The notes beneath the pieces are model-generated. The model did no database searches. It was not told the DNA's origin and saw nothing but the letters and a program-made list of their open reading frames with translations. Positions 59,201 to 64,000 of a DNA stretch of 64,000 bases are shown here, in pieces; the stretch's first letter is position 1; each line of letters begins with the position of its first letter. The DNA is from a virus. The stretch spans positions 92,708-156,707 of IMG/VR virus record IMGVR_UViG_3300023035_000005. The stretch is one strand, 5' to 3'. A program made the translations under genes and the position numbers.

Positions 59201-62090
59201 GGATGTAAGCCTTCAAAAGAAAAGAAATTTATAACTGTTTGTACATCAGATTTAGAACTAACCCAAAACTGATTGAAACTATTAGTAGTGTCTATTTTTC
59301 TATTAGTTTTAAACACTAGTTTGAATGCTTCAAACAAATTTGTATGTATTCTTTGTTTTAATTGAAAACAACCATCATTATTACTTTTAATAAAGAAAGA
59401 ACCCTCTGAGCATGAAAATCCTACGATTCAATTTTTCAAAAAATGTAATAATGTGTATCCATTTGCATCTTCAGGTAATTCAAATATATTTTCAATATTA
59501 TCTTTTGAAGGTAAATCATCAAACACTTTTATATCATTTTTTAGTATATGCATAGCTAGGTTAAATTGATTAATTCTAGTTTCAGTTAAAAAGAAGATAT
59601 TATTATGTATTAATAAAGGAAATAATACTTCCTGTAATTCAGTTCTATTTATTACTAATTTACAACTTGGACTTCTTATATCTTTATATACATTTAACTT
59701 ACCTAACTTTAGAGTAGAATGGATATATTCTAAAGTTGAAATATCTTCAGAATGTAAAGAAATAACTAATTTCATTGTTATGAATCCTTTAGTTGTTTTA
59801 GTTATTTGAATATAACCATCACCATCTATTAACCCTACTAAAAAAGCTAAAAAAGAACTAGGTATAGTAACATAATCTTTCTTATCTAATATTTTATTCA
59901 TTTTCTTTAAAGCGTTTTTATGAACATTACCTATTGTAGGTAATATTGAATATAATAAAACCATACTAATACCCAAAACTGTAAATTTTATTGACTCAAC
60001 TATATCTTGTCCAATTCATGGAATAGCACTAATAAGGTTTGTAATACAAAAATAACCTATCATAATTAAGTGGTTGTTTTAAATGAACGTGTTCAATTTG
60101 AGTTAAGAGTTTGTATCTTTATTTCAAAGAAGAGTAGACTTTTATTCTTTTTATATACTCAAACATAGTTTTATACCGGTTATGTATCTATGTGTATTCT
60201 ATTTCTACTACTAAGTATCCACATCCCCTGCTTGGTTCACTATGAAATAAGGGGAAAGGATACGAACCACTAACCTATACTTTTGTGCGAAGCAGGCGTA
60301 GCTGTAAATAGAATAAAACGATAAAAATAAAGATTATTCACCTTTTAATTCATAATTTCTACCGTAATTCATACCAGATTTCAAAGTTAAAACTTTATCT
60401 CACCCTTCTTGAGTTAGGTGGGCTTTGTCTTTAATTAAGAAAGCAGCTTTAACAAAATCTAGATAATTTAAATTTTTATCCCCGTATAAAGGATATTTTT
60501 GAAAAAATGGAATAATAATATTAAATATATCCTCAAATTTTGATACAACTACTACTTTACAATTTATATTACTAGTAACCAATGTCCCACAACCTAAACT
60601 ATAAAGGATTAAATTTAAAAGTTCTTTATCCTTTTCATGCTGAGAGATTTTAAATTTTAATTTTACGGTTTGCCCTAATTTTGACCCGAGGTGTTTTTGT
60701 GTATGTATCATAAAAGATCCTTCAGCTTCTGTAAAACCTGCAATTCAATGAGGATTTAAAGATTTAGGTAATAGATTCTCAAAATTTGAAGTTGAAACTG
60801 GTTTAATGTTAGGGAAACTTTCCGCTAACACTTCCGTCAACCCATTACGCATAGCTGCTTTGATAGATAAAATTTCGTAAAAACCTTTATCCTTAAGATG
60901 CTCTTTTTTGTTCATAATTAGAGCTACTTTTTTAAAAAATTCATAATCTTCAGATTTTTTGGATAACAAAGGATATTTATCAAAAAATGGTATTAAAGTA
61001 TTAACTATTTGGGGTAAAGATGAAACAATGTATGAGCAAGAATTATTTTTGCTCTCATAGATACCTCCTACTCTTCCTAAAACTTCTCTTATTTTGCTCA
61101 ATAACTCCTTGTCCTTAGAGTGTAAATGAATTTGAAAATTAAGGCTGATAACTCAACCTAATTTCATTCTTTTATCTCTTCTAAAAAAAACAGAAAAGCA
61201 CCCCTCTCCGTCTACAAATCCTGTGACAAAATAAGGATTTATGGTTAAGGGTATTTCCTTCTGTTCCATATTCGCTTTTTGGGTAGATATTCTAACATGA
61301 AAGTCTCTTACACCAAATAAAGTAATACATTTGACCACTTTACACAGTAAATATTTCAGATGTATACTAGGTTGAAGGCGAGGTAAAATCTTACTTAAAT
61401 AATAAGTGTGAGCACTCCTCCTTCAGAGGGAAGAAACCAAAATAAGAAGTAAATAGATTCTAAATACAAACTCAAAACCCGACACTTCCTCTTTTTCGTT
61501 CTTTCTTGTTCTAATTAAAAAATTAGACTCTGCGTCACAAAGACCTACGAATCATTCTATAAATTTTGTATCTAAAGATAACTCTGGTAATTCTTCATTG
61601 ACACCAGATGATAAAACATTAATCTCATTAGTTACACTATTGTCTGCGCAAGCGACCTTAGATTTGTAAAAGGTAGCTACAAAGTAATAATATAAATCTA
61701 AATAAATTTGAGAGTAATATAATAATATTGGTGATATTAAAAAAGTAATACATTAAACCTTTGTTTCTAACAACCCAGTATGAAGAATTTATTAACCTAA
61801 AATAAGGTTTATGCTTACGAACAATACTGAAATATTTACTGATATTAAAAAAGGAAGGAGGCGCGACTCTCCTTTCACTAAATTTATTTAATGGATTGGA
61901 CTATATCTTCATTTTCTTAACCCACATAACAAGTGTATTATTATGTAAAAAAAGTTCAATGTACCACGTATAGTCTCTGAGGGTTTTAACATACTATGTT
62001 AACTTCCCTGCTGATTGTCTTATAATCATAAGAGTTTCCAGCAATTAGTGGTATTTTTCTACAGCTATTACTTCGCTGTTTAACCGTAGC
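49822..62090 (-). CDS. cob: apocytochrome b, 5' part beyond window end; exons 62090-62083, 60046-59994, 57227-57212, 55082-54970, 52385-52226, 50209-49822
   Basis: ATV|[17 protein letters not shown]|FIWGGF|[20 protein letters not shown]|SSNPLG..GDSDNYI|[26 protein letters not shown]. Confidence 0.95.
50339..51832 (-). CDS. atypical LAGLIDADG endonuclease with AP2-like C-terminus, in intron cob-779 (intron 50210-52225)
   Basis: [10 protein letters not shown] and [10 protein letters not shown]; open in code 4 to TAG at 50339. Confidence 0.75.
52226..52385 (-). CDS. cob: cob exon
   Basis: [35 protein letters not shown]. Confidence 0.95.
52687..53484 (-). CDS. LAGLIDADG_2 endonuclease with degenerate motifs, in intron cob-619
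   Basis: [38 protein letters not shown]. Confidence 0.75.
53465..54969 (-). CDS. LAGLIDADG endonuclease in intron cob-619 (intron 52386-54969)
   Basis: [10 protein letters not shown] and [10 protein letters not shown]; [13 protein letters not shown]-terminal module. Confidence 0.82.
54970..55082 (-). CDS. cob: cob exon
   Basis: [37 protein letters not shown]. Confidence 0.95.
55188..56036 (-). CDS. LAGLIDADG endonuclease in intron cob-506
   Basis: [10 protein letters not shown] and [10 protein letters not shown]. Confidence 0.88.
   Translation of the reverse strand: MWKNNLKLRTTFYNSFKKNENLDNKGLRIYFLTYAYIVGLFEGDGYFSITKKGIYLLYEVGIELSKKDVQLIYKIKSLLGVGEISFRNRGEIEMVSLRIRNKNHLKEFILPIFDKYPMFSNKQYDYLRFRDCLTSNIIKYEELPPYTRGTESLNDIQSIINAPYFSSWLIGFIEAEGCFSIYKLKKDEDYLVASFDVSQKDAEILLSAIARYLSFTTAIHCDKFNCYKLKVTGVRSIENVIKFLKFAPVKLLGNKKLQYLLWLKELRTIDRYNKKIKIPSNY
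56023..57211 (-). CDS. second LAGLIDADG endonuclease in intron cob-506 (intron 55083-57211), in frame with the exon
   Basis: [10 protein letters not shown] and [10 protein letters not shown]. Confidence 0.85.
57212..57227 (-). CDS. cob: cob exon (16 nt)
   Basis: (F)IWGGF. Confidence 0.9.
57697..58566 (-). CDS. GIY-YIG endonuclease with own ATG, inserted into the LAGLIDADG ORF of intron cob-490
   Basis: [19 protein letters not shown]. Confidence 0.87.
58610..58687 (-). pseudogene. trnW: tRNA-Trp(UCA)-like element, degenerate
   Basis: AAGAGTATAATTT..GGGG CTTCACC CTCC AAGTA CTCAG TTCGACT CTGAG; 3' acceptor strand mismatched. Confidence 0.62.
58981..59993 (-). CDS. LAGLIDADG endonuclease in intron cob-490 (intron 57228-59993); native C-terminus displaced to 57537-57629
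   Basis: [10 protein letters not shown] and [10 protein letters not shown]. Confidence 0.85.
59994..60046 (-). CDS. cob: cob exon
   Basis: [17 protein letters not shown]. Confidence 0.93.
60334..61338 (-). CDS. LAGLIDADG endonuclease in intron cob-437 (intron 60047-62082)
   Basis: [10 protein letters not shown] and [10 protein letters not shown]; a further remnant ([10 protein letters not shown]) near 61400-61600. Confidence 0.85.
62083..62090 (-). CDS. cob: cob 8-nt micro-exon GCTACGGT
   Basis: Encodes AT(V); downstream guide GTAATAGCTGTAG pairs with both flanks. Confidence 0.85.
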
Positions 62091-62641
62091 CAAGTTTTTA
62101 ATTAACTTATTCTGGCCGATATTAGCCCTAAATGTTTAAAATAAGCAAACCCTGTACTTTATAAGTAAAACATATAAAGCCTTGTGTCTCTTTATTTAAT
62201 CAAAATTTCCCTTTTTACTTCTTAACTCTTTATCTGTGTATAATGAGAGTAGTCTTTAAAGAATATACTCAATTACATATAAATCCGTTACCTTTTATTT
62301 TCATTATACCTATTGTTAATAACAAAGGCGACAAGAATCCTAGAAAAAAAAGATTAAAAATAATTCTAAAAATAAAGAAAAAAAACTCCGACTGTACATT
62401 AAGCATCATTTCAGACACCCACCAGTGGACCAGTCTGTAGCGATATTTTACTCTACCGACGGTCTTTATACTAAACAAATATATTTGACCGTTTTCACTA
62501 GTGTCGCTGCAATTTTGTAAAAAAATATAAATAAGATAAGAAATATATAAAATGTAATAGATAAATAAACTAATTAATAAAGATAATAATATATAAATGA
62601 AACTATAAACTAGTAGATTGCGACGGTAATTTGAGATATAA

Positions 62642-63562
62642 TTATCTTCTTCGTATCTCTGCTATAACTTTATTTAAATAAGTTGTATTATCAGCTCATA
62701 AAGGTCTATAGTTGGCTCTATGTCAAATCAAAATTTCATTAGCTTTGGTACTTTCACTTGTATTTGCTCTATGTAGTTCATCTTGACTCATATTTCCCAT
62801 AGTCACAAACATTGGCCTACGTGTAATACCATACCCCGGAGGCGACATAATACCTGAAGTTTTTTGTATAAATACTCTAGCCTCATCTCTACTGAATAAG
62901 TCAATTATATTCACTCTACGTCTAAGAATTTTATCCGTGGCCTTAACTTCATCTAATTTACGAAGTATATTATTAGTTATAATAATGACTTCTCGTCCTT
63001 CAAAAGGAGAAGGACTACCATCTGCTTCTCTTTTAATAGAAGGAGAACGACTACCATCTGATTCTACCTTTATAGAAGGAGAACGACTACCATCTGATTC
63101 TGCTTTTATAGAAGGAGAACGACTACCATCTGATTCTACCTTTATAGAAGGAGAAGTCACAATAACGACTTCTCGTCCTTCAAAAGGAGAAGGAGAACGA
63201 CTACCATCATCCATATATACTCGAAAAAATCCGCCGATTCAATTAGTTATTTCCTTTTTATAAAATAAAATAAAAGATATAACATTATTAATTAATTCAG
63301 GATTATAACTAAGTATTATTAATAATAACGGCCATACAATAGGAAACACTAAGTGAAAAATAACAGATGTAATGAATATTATAGATAACTTATTAATGGA
63401 AATATTGCCCTTTTTGAATAAAACTATTAGTAATGTTATATTAACTGAAATAAAGCTAGATATAAATATTGCTATTATATAAAAATCCGGTCCTAGTTTA
63501 CCGAATATAATAAAAAATGGTAATTTTAAAGCAAAATAGCAAAATAGCCCTAGGGCTAACAA
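62642..63562 (-). CDS. hypothetical intron ORF: hydrophobic N-terminus and 12-aa tandem repeats
   Basis: Open in code 4; SPSIKxESDGSR repeats; no endonuclease motif seen. Confidence 0.55.
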
Positions 63563-63884
63563 TTTAAGTGTCTTGCATTCCCTTCACGTTTCCTCTTACG
63601 GCAGGAAGATGGACTCTATCTTCATCATATAATAAACTACCTGGGTGGCTAGCTTCGCTAAACCAATGGGGTAGGGGGGAGAAACTAAAAGAAAGCACGA
63701 GCTTTCCTGACTTCGTAGGAGCCCCCAAAACAGATTTTTAATAAAATATGAGTAACACGTATAGTCTCTGAGGATCCTACTTATAATATAGTTTATTATT
63801 TTGGTTTCCTGCGGATTGTCCATTTTGTTTTCACAAATCTTAAAGATTTTTACCGTTCCCCTGGGGCCCTGGAGGGGGCCCCCT

Positions 63885-64000
63885 CCAGGGCCAGGGCCAG
63901 GGCCAGGGCCAGGGCCAGGGCCAGGGCCAGGGCCAGGGCCAGGGCCAGGGCCAGGGCCAGGGCCAGGGCCAGGGCCAGGGCCAGGGCCAGGGCCAGGGCC
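63885..64000. repeat. (CCAGGG)n hexamer array running off the window end
   Basis: About 19 perfect copies visible. Confidence 0.97.

Overview
This window is part of a filamentous-ascomycete mitochondrial genome. It is AT-rich and uses genetic code 4 (TGA=Trp), which is why the supplied ORF track is fragmented. Everything recognisable is on the minus strand, in the order cob (3' part) - orf260 - trnR(ACG) - trnC - cox1 - trnR-like - nad1 (5' part), an order typical of Sordariomycetes. I rebuilt the exons by hand from protein conservation and group I splice rules. cox1 has 17 exons over about 36 kb with 16 intron sites (212, 240, 281, 372, 393, 493, 615, 709, 720, 731, 807, 867, 870, 971, 1057, 1262). 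cob shows 6 exons and nad1 shows 3. Introns carry about 30 LAGLIDADG or GIY-YIG ORFs, many nested, and short GC-rich palindromes are scattered throughout. Most notable: (1) the cox1 terminal exon is duplicated together with its intron ribozyme core and guide sequence, and each copy reads through into a different C-terminal extension (one is TM helix + repeats + CxxC..CxxC), suggesting mutually exclusive Cox1 isoforms; (2) two unrelated endonuclease genes that invaded other endonuclease genes each sit behind the same tRNA-Trp-like leader; (3) a duplicated 5' splice site in nad1; (4) a 3-nt exon encoding a CuB-ligand His; (5) twintrons; (6) a LAGLIDADG-AP2-like fusion; (7) a trnR body with a UAA anticodon. 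All coordinates are hand-derived and no searches or folding programs were run.
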